Source: an uncultured bacterium
GTDB taxonomy: Bacteria; Zixibacteria; MSB-5A5; GN15; FEB-12
Assembly: GCA_965372795.1 (NCBI GenBank)
Contig: CBDVDR010000007.1
Span: forward strand, 94,838-158,837
Length of the DNA: 64,000 nt
Direction: 5' to 3'
The notes beneath the pieces are model-generated. The model saw only the letters and a list, made by a program, of their open reading frames with translations. It was not told where the DNA came from and searched no databases. Position 1 is the first letter of the stretch; each line of letters begins with the position of its first letter. Position numbers and translations under genes: made by a program. This document shows, piece after piece, positions 1 to 11,134 of the stretch.

Positions 1-306
1 AAGATATCGGGTAATAATTCCACTTCTTCTTCCCGAGCGACAGAACAGATAAATTTCGGTTTCTTTATCTTTAGGGAGCCTATCGAGATTTTCTTCAATT
101 TTATCGTGAGAAATTAAATCATCTGTAAAAGACAGATGCCCTTCAATGAATTCCGGTTCAGTGCGAACATCAATCACATAAATTTCTCGTCCGGATTCAG
201 ATATTTCTTTTAACTGGGTGACAGAGATCGATGATGAAGTGTCACTTTCTGAACATCCAAAGGTTAAAATTCCTATGGTTGCCAAAAAACTTGCAAATTT
301 TCTCAT
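1..306 (-). CDS. Rhodanese-like domain lipoprotein (partial, runs off window start)
   Basis: Manual translation from ATG at 306: MRKFASFLATIGILTFGC (lipobox)...YVIDVRTEPEFIEGHL...IYLFCRSGRRS, the rhodanese DVR..EF..GH and CRSGxRS motifs. Confidence 0.85.
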   Translation of the reverse strand, partial: MRKFASFLATIGILTFGCSESDTSSSISVTQLKEISESGREIYVIDVRTEPEFIEGHLSFTDDLISHDKIEENLDRLPKDKETEIYLFCRSGRRSGIITRYL

Positions 307-319
307 ATTCGACTTTTTC

Positions 320-790
320 CTAATTTTCATTTGGTATTGCTTTAAATGTGTAAATTTTCCATTTCCCGTTCAATTTGTGGAGACCAAATTTGGATAAATA
401 GCCTTTTGAACTTTTTTTATCTATAAATGACACTTCAACGGTCGCTGTTTCACCGAAATTCTCAACATTACCGATAATTCTCTGGTATGAGAACCATCTG
501 GTTTTAGTTAAGCCATCCTCGGTTAAATCTTCAAGGAGTTGTTGAGGAGAGGTAAATACCCTCGGTTCATCATCGCTATGAAAGGCATAGTCCTCGGTAA
601 TATTTTTCATTAATTCGGCTAGATCTAAAAAGTGCGTTAAAGCAGCTTTATCATCCTTTTCCATCGCTCCAAAGAAACTGATAACTGTTTTTTTGGGATC
701 ATCAGATCCAGAGTCAGAACAACCCGGTGCAAAAATCAACAAACAGAGCATCAGAGTAATTGCGCCTAACAATGATTGTTTAGTAAACAT
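320..790 (-). CDS. Hypothetical lipoprotein (NTF2-like/DUF4878-like)
   Basis: Lipobox-like FAPGC; C-terminal L.K.NGKWKI pattern. Confidence 0.6.
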   Translation of the reverse strand: MFTKQSLLGAITLMLCLLIFAPGCSDSGSDDPKKTVISFFGAMEKDDKAALTHFLDLAELMKNITEDYAFHSDDEPRVFTSPQQLLEDLTEDGLTKTRWFSYQRIIGNVENFGETATVEVSFIDKKSSKGYLSKFGLHKLNGKWKIYTFKAIPNEN

Positions 791-791
791 T

Positions 792-1757
792 TTACATACT
801 ACCTGTTAAAGTTATTCGGTGGCTGTCACCAAGATCGGCTCCGGGTGAAAATGAATAAGAAACTTGCATATTTCTAACATCGAATCCAAACCCTAATGAA
901 AGTCCGGCAAGATTATCTTCTGAACCTTCAGCCACATAATTCGATCCGAAACTATTCCATCCCAGCCTGAAATAAATCGGTTCCAATTCATAATATTCAG
1001 CTCCAATTGCAAAGACAATATCATTATCAACCGGGATAATCAGATCAGATGAAAGCTGAACCGGCAGACCTCGCGGCTTAATGGCAATTCCCGTTCTAAC
1101 CGTAAGAGGCATCCGATATTTTTCATCTCCAAAGCCAGATAATTGTTTGCCAAGGTTTTGAATCATGATACCGGCAGTAAATTTTTCACGGTCACCAATA
1201 TATTTAGCACCCAGATCAATAGCAAATCCGGCAGCTGAATATTTTTGAATTTTTTCATAGATAGCTTTTATTGTAATACCGCCAGCATAGTTATAATTAA
1301 ACCGGTAAGCTAACGTTGCGGCTCCCATTAAGTCGCCACCTGAGAAATCACCGGTGACTTCTCCGAAACGATTAGCCTCGGTAAATTTTCCGTAATTTAA
1401 ATAAGAAAGATATCCGCCAAACGTCATTTTCTCATTAATAGTTCTTATGTACCCTGCAAACCCTGATTGTATATCAGTAAAATAATTATGATAACCAATA
1501 ATATAACGGCTTTCCTGTTCAAAAGTAACAATCCCGGCGGGATTGTAGTACAGAGAAGCTTCATCATCAGCTAATCCCGTAAACGCCCCACCCATAGCTA
1601 CCGCACGGGCACTAATATTAATTTTTAAAAATGGAAAAGCACTGGTGCCAGCTTTTTCGTGGATATCGTCACCATCTTGAGCAGAAATATTTGATATGCC
1701 AATAAATGAAATCAGAAATAAGCATATAAAAATCGAGAACATCAAATTTCGTATCAT
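792..1757 (-). CDS. PorV/PorQ family outer-membrane beta-barrel protein
   Basis: Signal peptide, then FLKI..SARAVAMGGAFTGLADD...YYNPAG; likely ATG start at 1757. Confidence 0.85.
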   Translation of the reverse strand: MIRNLMFSIFICLFLISFIGISNISAQDGDDIHEKAGTSAFPFLKINISARAVAMGGAFTGLADDEASLYYNPAGIVTFEQESRYIIGYHNYFTDIQSGFAGYIRTINEKMTFGGYLSYLNYGKFTEANRFGEVTGDFSGGDLMGAATLAYRFNYNYAGGITIKAIYEKIQKYSAAGFAIDLGAKYIGDREKFTAGIMIQNLGKQLSGFGDEKYRMPLTVRTGIAIKPRGLPVQLSSDLIIPVDNDIVFAIGAEYYELEPIYFRLGWNSFGSNYVAEGSEDNLAGLSLGFGFDVRNMQVSYSFSPGADLGDSHRITLTGSM

Positions 1758-1843
1758 ACAGTTTCCTTTAAAATTATGATGACCAATATCACCATCAAAT
1801 ATCAATTTAATCTAAAAAAATAAATATTAGTTACAAATAAAAA

Positions 1844-2338
1844 TTACCAGCTTTTAGTCGTTTTATTTATAATATTTTCAATTAACAAAAATATTACTTT
1901 TTCCTGGCCATCTTCTTCGGTCTCACTGATCACATCATAAATTCCGACATGGTTCATTTTTTCCCGCCAGATTTCACTATCATCAGACGGTTTTTTTAGG
2001 ACAATTTCAAAATCCATTTCTAGTTTGTATTCCTGTACCTGATCATTCTGGTCAAATGAATGAGGTTTTCGGGCATATCGGATTAAATCTCCGATCAAAA
2101 TCCCTTCGGCATCATCAATAGGCAGAATTTTGAAAGTTCCGTCAGATATAAAGGCATCGATGATTTCATCAGTTATTCGGTCAGTCAATCCATACTCGGA
2201 GGTTTTATTTTCAAATCTTTGAATCGCAATAGATGTGATGGTTGCTTTACCTTTTGGATTAAAAGTATATACACTACATCCCAGCGTTAAGATAATTATT
2301 CCTGCCAGAATCAGATTTATAAAAGAATATTTTTTCAT
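1844..2338 (-). CDS. lptE: LptE family LPS-assembly lipoprotein
   Basis: Lipobox LGC-SVYTF, SIAIQRFENKT...L...IT, ends TTKSW; typical of FCB-type LptE. Confidence 0.7.
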   Translation of the reverse strand: MKKYSFINLILAGIIILTLGCSVYTFNPKGKATITSIAIQRFENKTSEYGLTDRITDEIIDAFISDGTFKILPIDDAEGILIGDLIRYARKPHSFDQNDQVQEYKLEMDFEIVLKKPSDDSEIWREKMNHVGIYDVISETEEDGQEKVIFLLIENIINKTTKSW

Positions 2339-2378
2339 TACATATTAAACCACAATATCGGACTGTCGTTCCAGAATA

Positions 2379-3650
2379 TTAATTACTCAGAATCTCTTTG
2401 CCCTTTTTAACAACCGTTCTTACTAAATTGACCGCATAATGATACGGCAACTCTCGGTAATCTTCCATATCCCAGATAACCAGATCAGCCTGCAAGCCTT
2501 CCTCAAGCTGTCCGATTTTCCCCTGTCGATCAATTGCATAGGCAGCATTAACCGTCACTGCGCTAATAGCTTCTGCGGCTGTCATCTTAAGTTGTAACGA
2601 GGCGATTGAGATTATAAATGGCAGTGATTCAGTATAACTTGAGCCGGGATTACAATCGGTTGACAAGGCAACAATAACACCCTCTTCGATCATTTTACGA
2701 GCCCGGGCATATCGGTTGGATCCAAGCGAGAAAGTTGTGCCCGGAAGAAGAACCGCGGCTGTCTTTGATTTTGCCATTGCTTTGATTCCGGCATCCGAGG
2801 CGTAAACAACATGATCGGCCGACCGAGCGCTCATTGAGGCGGCAAGTTCGGCGGCTCCGAATCCATCTACAAGCTCATCAGCATGAAATTTTAGTTTCAA
2901 ACCGGCATCTTTGGCAACTTGTTGAATTTTTCTGGATTCCTCAATTTCAAAAACGCCTTTATCACAGAATATATCAGAGAATTCAGCCAGCTTTTCGCTG
3001 ACAACTTTTGGAATCATTTCATTTATAATGAGATCGATATATTCAGAACGCTTGTCCCGATATTCATCAGGGACTTCATGAGCCCCTAAAAAAGTCGGAA
3101 TCAAATCAATTGGATGAATCAGATCGAGATTACGGATTACTTCAAGCTGTTTTATTTCTGACTCGGTAGATAAACCATATCCGGATTTTGCCTCAATTGT
3201 TGTAATTCCATAAGAGAGCAACCGATCAAGGCGATCTTTGGTTTTATCTTGAAGAGTTTGGATGTCGGTTTTCCTAAGGTCTCTGACAGATGCGCGAATT
3301 CCTCCGCCTGAATCGGCAATCTCCATATAGGATTTGCCTTGATTTCGCATTTCAAATTCATTTTCACGGGTCATGGAAAAAACCGGATGAGTATGAGGGT
3401 CTATTAAGCCGGGAGTAACGACTCCGCCTTTGGCATCAATAACAATACAGCCTTCCGCAAGATTAACTTTACCTTCAACTTCATCAGAACTGCCGACGGC
3501 AAGAATTTCTTCACCGGCAGCCGCGACACCACCATTTTTAATTAACCCAAGTTCGTTCATTGCTGAACCGATACGGGGTGAAGGACCTGCCAGAGTCAGC
3601 AGTTGTCCTATATTTTTAATAAGAAGGGTAGCGTTTTTATTTATGGACAT
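2379..3650 (-). CDS. hutI: Imidazolonepropionase
   Basis: PGLIDPHTH, TTIEAKSGYGL, FLGAH, HADE, STDCNPGS motifs; adjacent to hutU. Confidence 0.97.
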   Translation of the reverse strand: MSINKNATLLIKNIGQLLTLAGPSPRIGSAMNELGLIKNGGVAAAGEEILAVGSSDEVEGKVNLAEGCIVIDAKGGVVTPGLIDPHTHPVFSMTRENEFEMRNQGKSYMEIADSGGGIRASVRDLRKTDIQTLQDKTKDRLDRLLSYGITTIEAKSGYGLSTESEIKQLEVIRNLDLIHPIDLIPTFLGAHEVPDEYRDKRSEYIDLIINEMIPKVVSEKLAEFSDIFCDKGVFEIEESRKIQQVAKDAGLKLKFHADELVDGFGAAELAASMSARSADHVVYASDAGIKAMAKSKTAAVLLPGTTFSLGSNRYARARKMIEEGVIVALSTDCNPGSSYTESLPFIISIASLQLKMTAAEAISAVTVNAAYAIDRQGKIGQLEEGLQADLVIWDMEDYRELPYHYAVNLVRTVVKKGKEILSN

Positions 3651-3671
3651 ACAATTAATTTCAATTCAATA

Positions 3672-5324
3672 TTATTTCATCATTGGAATTTTAATTTTAT
3701 TCTTCTTGGCAAATTTCTTTGCTTCCGGATATCCGGCGTCTACATGTCTCATCACTCCGGTTCCAGGATCATTGGTTAAAACACGATTGATTCGTTTGCC
3801 CATTTCTTCGGTGCCATCGGCAACAACAACCATCCCGGCATGGATCGAATTACCGATACCAACTCCGCCGCCATGATGAATGGAAACCCAACTTGCCCCG
3901 GAAATAGCATTCAGCATACCATTTAATAATGGCCAATCAGCAATAGCATCCGAGCCATCGAGCATATTTTCAGTTTCACGGTTTGGAGAAGCAACCGAAC
4001 CGCAATCGAGATGGTCACGTCCTATCACGATTGGGGCAGATAATTTACCTTTTTTAACATAGTCGTTAATAATTTCACCGAACTTTGCGCGTTCACCGTA
4101 TCCAAGCCAGCAGATTCTTGAGGGAAGTCCCTGAAATGGAATTTTTTCCGCGGCTAAATCCATCCAGCGCATCAGTAATTTATTATATGAAAATTGTTCT
4201 TTAACAATCTTGTCAGTAATATAAATATCTTTGGGATCGCCTGATAAGGCTGCCCAGCGGAAAGGACCTTTTCCTTCGCAGAAGAGCGGCCGGATATATT
4301 CCGGTACAAATCCGGGATAATCAAACGCATTTTTCAAACCTCCGGTTTTAGCCTGACCGCGAAGATTATTGCCATAGTCAAAAACAACCGAACCGGCTTT
4401 TTTAAATTTGATCATAGCATCACAATGCTTGACCATCGATTCATATGATCGAGTAATATATTCACGAGGATTTTTCTTGCGCAATTTTTTTGCTTCAATA
4501 ACAGTAAAGCCTTCGGGGATATAACCATTAAGTTCATCATGGGCAGAAGTTTGATCGGTGACAATATCAGGAATAATACCCCGTCTGAAAATTTCAAGAA
4601 ATATTTCAGCACAATTGCCAACTAAACCGATAGAAATAGGTTCGCCTGATTTGGTATGTTCTTTTATAAGTTTAAGAGCCTTATCAAGTGTCTTAACTTT
4701 GACATCCACAAAGCCCTGTTTTATTCTTCTTGAAATGCGAGTTTCGTCAACTTCTACAACTAAAATCGAAGCCCCGGACATTGTTCCGGCAAGCGGTTGA
4801 GCGGCGCCCATCCCTCCCATGCCACCGGTGAGAATCCAGCGACCGGTTAAGTCACCTTTGAAATGTTTTTTAGCTAAAGAGGCAAAAGTTTCAAAAGTAC
4901 CCTGAATAATTCCCTGAGTTCCAATATAAATCCAGCTTCCGGCGGTCATCTGACCATACATTATTAAACCCATTTTTTCATACTGACGGAATTTATCCCA
5001 GGTTGCCCATGCGGGCACAAGATGAGAATTGGCAATTATTACGCGGGGAGTGTATTCGTGAGTTTGGAAAATGCCGACTGGTTTACCTGATTGTACCAGA
5101 AGAGTTTCATCATTTTTCAAAGATTTGAGAGATTTGACAATTGCGTTATAAGATTCCCAGTTACGGGCAGCTTTTCCAGAACCTCCGTAAATAATAAGTT
5201 CTTTAGGATTTTCGGCAACTTCAGGATCGAGATTATTATTCAACATGCGCAGGGCAGCCTCTTGATGCCAACCTTGACAAGAAAGCTTTAAACCATGAGC
5301 AGCTTTGACGACTTTAGGCTTCAT
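3672..5324 (-). CDS. hutU: Urocanate hydratase
   Basis: [51 protein letters not shown] motifs. Confidence 0.98.
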   Translation of the reverse strand: MKPKVVKAAHGLKLSCQGWHQEAALRMLNNNLDPEVAENPKELIIYGGSGKAARNWESYNAIVKSLKSLKNDETLLVQSGKPVGIFQTHEYTPRVIIANSHLVPAWATWDKFRQYEKMGLIMYGQMTAGSWIYIGTQGIIQGTFETFASLAKKHFKGDLTGRWILTGGMGGMGAAQPLAGTMSGASILVVEVDETRISRRIKQGFVDVKVKTLDKALKLIKEHTKSGEPISIGLVGNCAEIFLEIFRRGIIPDIVTDQTSAHDELNGYIPEGFTVIEAKKLRKKNPREYITRSYESMVKHCDAMIKFKKAGSVVFDYGNNLRGQAKTGGLKNAFDYPGFVPEYIRPLFCEGKGPFRWAALSGDPKDIYITDKIVKEQFSYNKLLMRWMDLAAEKIPFQGLPSRICWLGYGERAKFGEIINDYVKKGKLSAPIVIGRDHLDCGSVASPNRETENMLDGSDAIADWPLLNGMLNAISGASWVSIHHGGGVGIGNSIHAGMVVVADGTEEMGKRINRVLTNDPGTGVMRHVDAGYPEAKKFAKKNKIKIPMMK

Positions 5325-5352
5325 GTACGAACTCCTTCATTATAATTGTCCA

Positions 5353-5381
5353 AATATATGCAGGTTGTTCAGTTATGTCAA
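5353..5381 (-). promoter_or_regulatory. sigma70-type promoter for hutU
   Basis: TTGACA-N17-TATATT on the minus strand about 30 nt upstream of the hutU ATG. Confidence 0.6.
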
Positions 5382-5522
5382 TCAGTGAGTTTTAGACTTG
5401 AAAGAAACAGTCAAATTCAACAGATATAGTCTAATATCTGATTTAAGTTGATAAGATATGAATAATCCAATATGATGAAGCGAAACGGGATTTTCCGTAT
5501 TATTTAGATTTTTGGGGCAAAG

Positions 5523-6083
5523 ATGAATAAAAGCATGAACATCAGTATCAACTTAAGGCCACTCAAAAATTCCGATGCAGAACAAATCGCCCAAAACTTA
5601 AAAGACCGCAATGTAACCCGTTATACATTTATCCCTCACCCATACACAATAGATGATGCTTACAGTTTTTTAAAAAGAGTCAAAAAAGAGAGTAAAAAAC
5701 AAACTTCGGCCGTTTTGGCAATCGCCTTAAAAGAGAATAATGAAATTATCGGTGCGGTTGGTTTTCATAACATCAATTTTAAAGATAAAAACGCCGAAAT
5801 GGGTTACTGGCTTTCAAAAAAATACTGGGGTAAAGGAGTAGTTTCAAAAGCTGTTCAAATGGCGCTTGATTACGGGTTCAAAGAGTTAAAACTTCGTCGT
5901 ATTTATGCCTTTGTCTTTGAAATAAATTTAGCCTCGTCAAAGGTTCTTTTAAAAAACGGTTTTATCCATGAAGGTACGATGAGAAAATCTGATTTTCATG
6001 GTAATCGCTGGCATAACAAACTTGCCTATGGGATTCTCAAAGAGGAATACCAAACTCAAACTAAAAAGAATCTAAGAAAATAA
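5523..6083 (+). CDS. RimJ/RimL-like GNAT N-acetyltransferase
   Basis: LRPL, NAEMGYWLSKKYWGKG, N.AS..VL.K.GF..EG. Confidence 0.9.
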   Translation: MNKSMNISINLRPLKNSDAEQIAQNLKDRNVTRYTFIPHPYTIDDAYSFLKRVKKESKKQTSAVLAIALKENNEIIGAVGFHNINFKDKNAEMGYWLSKKYWGKGVVSKAVQMALDYGFKELKLRRIYAFVFEINLASSKVLLKNGFIHEGTMRKSDFHGNRWHNKLAYGILKEEYQTQTKKNLRK

Positions 6084-6087
6084 TTTT

Positions 6088-6645
6088 ATGGATTGTCCCA
6101 AACAGATAATTGGCAACCGAATTTTATTACGGATTCCTAAAAGATCTGATGCTGAGTTTATCTATGAATATTGTACCGATAATTTAATGGGAAGATATGC
6201 TTTTTTAAAGTTTGATAGAACTCCGAAGGGTGCAGCAGGAATTATCAATCACAACCACAACGCTATTCGCAAGTCACAAGGATTCTTTTATACTATTGTT
6301 GATAAAAAAACAAAAGAGTTTATGGGCATGATCAATCTGCGTGATTTTGCTAAAACTCAAACCAATGCTGAGATTGGTTACTGGTTGGGGAGAAAATTCT
6401 GGGGGAAAAGTTATACTTCCGAAGCGGTGGGGTTGTTGCTTGATTTTGGATTTCGTAAAGCAAAACTAAAAAGAATCTTTGCCACCTGTTTTGAAAAGAA
6501 TATGGGATCAAGAATAATCCTTGAAAAATTTAATTTTACTCATGAATCAACAGCCCGCAAACATTGTTTCCACAGAGGTCGATGGCACAATATTCGGTTT
6601 TATGGATTATTAAAAGAGGAGTATCAAACTTTCGATTTTAATTAA
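6088..6645 (+). CDS. RimJ/RimL-like GNAT N-acetyltransferase (tandem paralog)
   Basis: NAEIGYWLGRKFWGK, YGLLKEEYQT shared with the upstream gene. Confidence 0.9.
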   Translation: MDCPKQIIGNRILLRIPKRSDAEFIYEYCTDNLMGRYAFLKFDRTPKGAAGIINHNHNAIRKSQGFFYTIVDKKTKEFMGMINLRDFAKTQTNAEIGYWLGRKFWGKSYTSEAVGLLLDFGFRKAKLKRIFATCFEKNMGSRIILEKFNFTHESTARKHCFHRGRWHNIRFYGLLKEEYQTFDFN

Positions 6646-6895
6646 TACTTTCAAGAATAAAACCACCAACAATACCTATTAGAATTAGCCAGGTTGAAAC
6701 TTTTAAATATCTTAATCCTGATGGTGTGTATCTATCGCTTGTAGAAGATTGCCCCAGAAACCAAAATTTATAATTATACCATTTAATTGATGATCCATAT
6801 TCGGTTAAATGACAGTTTGCCAATATTCGAAAAACAAGTCCTCCGATAATCAGTCCAATTACTAATAATTTTAATACTAATAGAAACAAAAACAT
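6638..6895 (-). CDS. Small two-TM hypothetical membrane protein
   Basis: 85 aa with two hydrophobic segments; resembles ORF 47172..47420. Confidence 0.6.
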   Translation of the reverse strand: MFLFLLVLKLLVIGLIIGGLVFRILANCHLTEYGSSIKWYNYKFWFLGQSSTSDRYTPSGLRYLKVSTWLILIGIVGGFILESIN

Positions 6896-7164
6896 ACCCT
6901 ATTAATTTGCTACAAATTTCAATAAAAATTATTTTTAAAAACAATAATTGATAGTTATTCTAAATTACTTTTCATGTGTATTTCCGCTAACAATCTAACT
7001 ATAAATAGGTTATCGTCAAGTATAAATTCCTGAGGTTAAGCCACATTCATTTGTCATTAAAAGAAAAAATTTACTCCTTGTATCTGAATGTAAATTATTC
7101 TATCTTCCGGCGCTGTAAATTTGCAGTAGATTAATTTTTTATTTGATTGCGAAGCACTTATTTT

Positions 7165-9666
7165 ATGAAACAACTTCTTGAACGAAAATTTTTCCCTTTT
7201 GTAATAAAACCGGGTAGATACTCAGGTTTCGAGCTTGGTCAGATAGTTAAAGACCCTGAAGGCAGAACCAAATACCTTCATGCTTTTCCAGAAAAATATG
7301 AAATCGGACAGGCTTATTTAGGGCTTCAAACAATCTATCATATCATTAACACCGATGACCGTTTTTTATGTGAACGGGTTTTTGCAATGGACAAAGACGC
7401 CGAAGAGGTGATGCGAAAAAATAATATCCCTCTTTTTTCTCTGGAGTCATATCGCGCTGCAAAAGATTTTGATGTTATCGGCTTTACATTATCATACGAA
7501 CTTGTCGCAACCAATATGCTCCAGATGCTTGACCTTGCGGGCATACCCCTTCATTCGAAAGACCGCGATGAATCTGACCCGATAATTATGGCTGGCGGAC
7601 CGACCGTATACAATCCTGAACCATTTGCAGATTTTATTGATATCTTTTTTATTGGCGACGCAGAAGAAGGTCTTCTGGAAATGCTTTCCATTATTCATGA
7701 AATGAAAGGGAAGCCAAGAGAATTAATTATTGAAACAATTGTCCGACAGGTCAAATCGGTTTACGCCCCCCGATTCTATGATGCGGATAATAAACCTATT
7801 GTTGATTTTGCTCCCGAACAGGTTGAAGCTCGTATTATACGGGATTTAAAAAAGGAATTTTATCCCACTCAGCCGATTGTTCCTTTTATAGATGTCGCAC
7901 ATAATTTCCTTAGTGTTGAAATTATGCGTGGGTGTCCTCAAGGATGCAGATTTTGTCAGGCAGGTCCGATCTATCGTCCGGTAAGATTCCGTAAACAAGA
8001 AGATATCATCGAACAAGTCGAGACGCAACTTGCCCATACCGGTTATCAAGAAGTCACCCTGCTTTCACTATCTACTTCAGATTATCCTGAGATTGAGAAA
8101 CTGGCAACAACCATATCAAGACGTCTGGCTCCAAAACGAGCCTCAATCGCACTGCCATCATTAAGACCGGAAACAATTAGCTCCGGTTTACTTGATGCGA
8201 TAACAAGGGTTCGTAAAGTAGGATTAACGCTGGCACCCGAAGCCGGCACCGAACGACTTCGATTATTTCTGCGTAAAGATTTCCCTGATGAAGCAATTTA
8301 TGATACAATTCGGCTGGCGTATGAAAAGGGCTGGACGACAATTAAGCTCTATTTTATGCTGGGTTTGCCTACTGAAACCAAAGAAGACCTGATCGGAATT
8401 TGTAATATTATCCGAAAAATTTATGAGATGGGCAGACGCTATCAAGGAAGAAAAACGATCAACGTCACTCTATCACCTTTTTCTGCAAAACCTCATACTC
8501 CGTTTCAATGGGATGAAATTAGCAATGTTGAACCGATTTTGAAAAAAATATATTTCATTAAAAACAATTGTCGTTTTAATAATGTGAATTTCAAATATAA
8601 CAGTGCTGAAATGAATATCCTTCAAGGCGTAATCGGACGCGGTAGTCGAGCCTTTGGCAAAGTCATTTATGAAGCCTTCCAAAAGGGCTGTCGTTTTGAC
8701 GGGTGGACGGAAGATTTTAACTGGGAAGTTTGGAAAAGTTCTTTTGAAGAAAATGGAATTGCCATAGAAGATATGCTTAAACCTATTCCCTTTTCACAGA
8801 AACTTCCCTGGTCAATAATTAAAAAAGGGGTTTCAACCGAACATCTCAAAAATGAACGACAAAGAACTTCAGTCCAGCTTAAAGAATATGTCCCCCGAGT
8901 GAATACTAAGTCTGAAGATGACAACGATGAATCGTCCTCTATTCAATACGGGCGTTCAAATAAGAAAGTTGCTTCTCGAAATCTGGCTGCCCCAACAAAA
9001 AATATGGTTAGGATTCAATGGGGTCGAACTAAAAAACTAAAATATCTTTCCCATCTTGATAATCTTCGTTTAATCGAGCGATCTTTAAGGCTTTCAAATG
9101 TTCCGGTCGCTTACAGTCAGGGGTTTAATCCCTCCATGAAACTTTCTTTTGGACCGCCGTTGTCGCTTGGGTTTACTTCGGAAACAGAATTTATTGATAT
9201 TACTTTTGATACCAGTGTGATGCCGTACATGATTGAAGATCTTCAAAAAACATTGCCTGATGGAATGATGTTGATTAACTCTAAGATCATTCTTGCCAAA
9301 ATTAAAACTCTTGGAGCTTTTTTGAATCGGGCAAAATATACACTCCCTTATAACGAATGTTTCACAACCGAAGAAATTCAATCAAAAATTGATGAGATTA
9401 TGAGCCGTGAGAGTATTTTATTTAACCGTAAGGGTAAAGATAAAATAAAAGAAGTTGATATCAGGGGTGGAATATTTGATTTATCTTTAGAAAATAATAA
9501 TTTAGTTATGACGCTTGGTTTGGGTGAAGGAATTTATGTGCGTCCCACAGAAGTTGTAAAGCTTCTTGAAAACGATAATCAATTTGAGTACCTGTCTTTC
9601 AAACTTCACCGTAAAGAACTTTTCAGAGTTGAAGAAGATGGCGAAATAAAAAACCCAATGGATTGA
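7165..9666 (+). CDS. B12-binding radical SAM protein (TIGR03960-like) fused to a C-terminal DUF2344/TIGR03936-like domain
   Basis: KPGRY N-terminus, EIMRGCPQGCRFCQAG CxxxCxxC, GCRFDGW; C-terminal YLSHLD...YSQGFNP..K.SFGPPL. Confidence 0.9.
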   Translation: MKQLLERKFFPFVIKPGRYSGFELGQIVKDPEGRTKYLHAFPEKYEIGQAYLGLQTIYHIINTDDRFLCERVFAMDKDAEEVMRKNNIPLFSLESYRAAKDFDVIGFTLSYELVATNMLQMLDLAGIPLHSKDRDESDPIIMAGGPTVYNPEPFADFIDIFFIGDAEEGLLEMLSIIHEMKGKPRELIIETIVRQVKSVYAPRFYDADNKPIVDFAPEQVEARIIRDLKKEFYPTQPIVPFIDVAHNFLSVEIMRGCPQGCRFCQAGPIYRPVRFRKQEDIIEQVETQLAHTGYQEVTLLSLSTSDYPEIEKLATTISRRLAPKRASIALPSLRPETISSGLLDAITRVRKVGLTLAPEAGTERLRLFLRKDFPDEAIYDTIRLAYEKGWTTIKLYFMLGLPTETKEDLIGICNIIRKIYEMGRRYQGRKTINVTLSPFSAKPHTPFQWDEISNVEPILKKIYFIKNNCRFNNVNFKYNSAEMNILQGVIGRGSRAFGKVIYEAFQKGCRFDGWTEDFNWEVWKSSFEENGIAIEDMLKPIPFSQKLPWSIIKKGVSTEHLKNERQRTSVQLKEYVPRVNTKSEDDNDESSSIQYGRSNKKVASRNLAAPTKNMVRIQWGRTKKLKYLSHLDNLRLIERSLRLSNVPVAYSQGFNPSMKLSFGPPLSLGFTSETEFIDITFDTSVMPYMIEDLQKTLPDGMMLINSKIILAKIKTLGAFLNRAKYTLPYNECFTTEEIQSKIDEIMSRESILFNRKGKDKIKEVDIRGGIFDLSLENNNLVMTLGLGEGIYVRPTEVVKLLENDNQFEYLSFKLHRKELFRVEEDGEIKNPMD

Positions 9667-9670
9667 TAAA

Positions 9671-11035
9671 ATGAATCAATATTCAAGTAGAAAAAATTTC
9701 AGCTACGATCCTGTCAGAGCAGCTGCGGTTGAAGCTTTGGCACAGATAGAACAAGGTGATCAATCTGATATTGCGGTCTCAAATGTAAGTAATGGGAAAA
9801 ATTTCCGTCCAATTGACCGGCGTTTTTTGATGCAGCTTGTCAATGGTACTATCAAAATGCGACGTCGGATTGATCATGAAATGAAATTTTACCTTGCCCG
9901 ACCTTCTCAGGAACTTCCAATTATTCTGGCAAATATAATGCGGCTTGGATTTTTCCAGCTTAGGTTTACTGATCGTATTCCTGATGCGGCGGCTGTCAGT
10001 GAATCTGTAAATCTTGCCCTCCATATGCTAAACCGCCCCCAGGCAAATATGGTAAATGCGGTGTTGCGTTCAGCTATTCGTGAACCTGAAAAAGTACAAT
10101 TTGTTGATAAAAATGATGACCCTGAAAAATATCTGGGTGATTATCATAGCTATCCTGAATTTTTCGTTAAGTATTGTTTAAGAGAATTCGGTTTTGAAAA
10201 TGCTGAGAAACTGCTCGCACAGTATAACAAGGCACCCCATGTAACTTACCGTGTGAATTTCCTGAAAGCGAAACCTGAAGAGGTCCTTGCTTTATTAGAT
10301 GAAAATGAAATTGAATATACCATCGGAGAACATTTACCGGAATTTATTCATATAGTAAAAGGCGGACTGCCTTTGGAAAATGAACTGGTAGATACCGGTA
10401 AAGTTTTTATTCAAGATGAATCAGCCGGGTTACCGGTACGTCTTTTAAATCCTCGACCGGGAAGTTCAGTAATTGATCTTGCTGCCGCTCCGGGAGGAAA
10501 GGCTACTTATTGCGCCGTAAGAATGCGCAACAAAGGACGAGTTACGGCTCTTGATAAATCACATCGACGTCTTAAACTATTGGTAGATAACACAAAAAAA
10601 CTTGGAATCTCTATAATTTCACCGGTTGTATGTGATATTGGTGATTTTGATGGGGGACAGTTTGACCGGGTTCTACTCGATCCACCTTGTACAGGATGGG
10701 GAACAGCCGGCAAACATTCCGATCTTCGCTGGGCAAAAAAGGAAATTGATATAAGAAATTTAGCCCGGATTCAGAAAGCCCTTCTTGATAAAGCTTCATT
10801 TATGGTCAAACCGGGCGGAGTATTGGTTTATTCCACCTGCACCATAATTCGGGATGAAAACGATCAGGTTGTGGAAGAATTTTTAATCAGACACCCTGAG
10901 TTTCAGTTAGAATCCGGCGTAGAATTTGTTAATGAAAAGCTGGTGAATTCTCGCGGTTTTGTTAAAACTTACCCGTTGCAGGATAAAATTGACGGTGCTT
11001 TTTGTGCCAGATTGAAAAAAAATGTCAAGGCATAG
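9671..11035 (+). CDS. rsmB: 16S rRNA m5C967 methyltransferase RsmB/Sun
   Basis: NusB-like N-terminus; DLAAAPGGKA, VLLDPPCTG, LVYSTCT motifs. Confidence 0.92.
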   Translation: MNQYSSRKNFSYDPVRAAAVEALAQIEQGDQSDIAVSNVSNGKNFRPIDRRFLMQLVNGTIKMRRRIDHEMKFYLARPSQELPIILANIMRLGFFQLRFTDRIPDAAAVSESVNLALHMLNRPQANMVNAVLRSAIREPEKVQFVDKNDDPEKYLGDYHSYPEFFVKYCLREFGFENAEKLLAQYNKAPHVTYRVNFLKAKPEEVLALLDENEIEYTIGEHLPEFIHIVKGGLPLENELVDTGKVFIQDESAGLPVRLLNPRPGSSVIDLAAAPGGKATYCAVRMRNKGRVTALDKSHRRLKLLVDNTKKLGISIISPVVCDIGDFDGGQFDRVLLDPPCTGWGTAGKHSDLRWAKKEIDIRNLARIQKALLDKASFMVKPGGVLVYSTCTIIRDENDQVVEEFLIRHPEFQLESGVEFVNEKLVNSRGFVKTYPLQDKIDGAFCARLKKNVKA

Positions 11036-11134
11036 AGGCTAACAATATTTTATCTTGATTTCATTGCTTAATTTCCAAAAATTGAAGCATTAAACTGAGT
11101 TGGAACTTTTAAAGACAGTAAGAATAAAATTAAT

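Noticed and set aside
9664..9669. TGA ending the radical SAM gene as another Sec read-through
   Set aside because: Immediately followed by an in-frame TAA and no SECIS-like hairpin.
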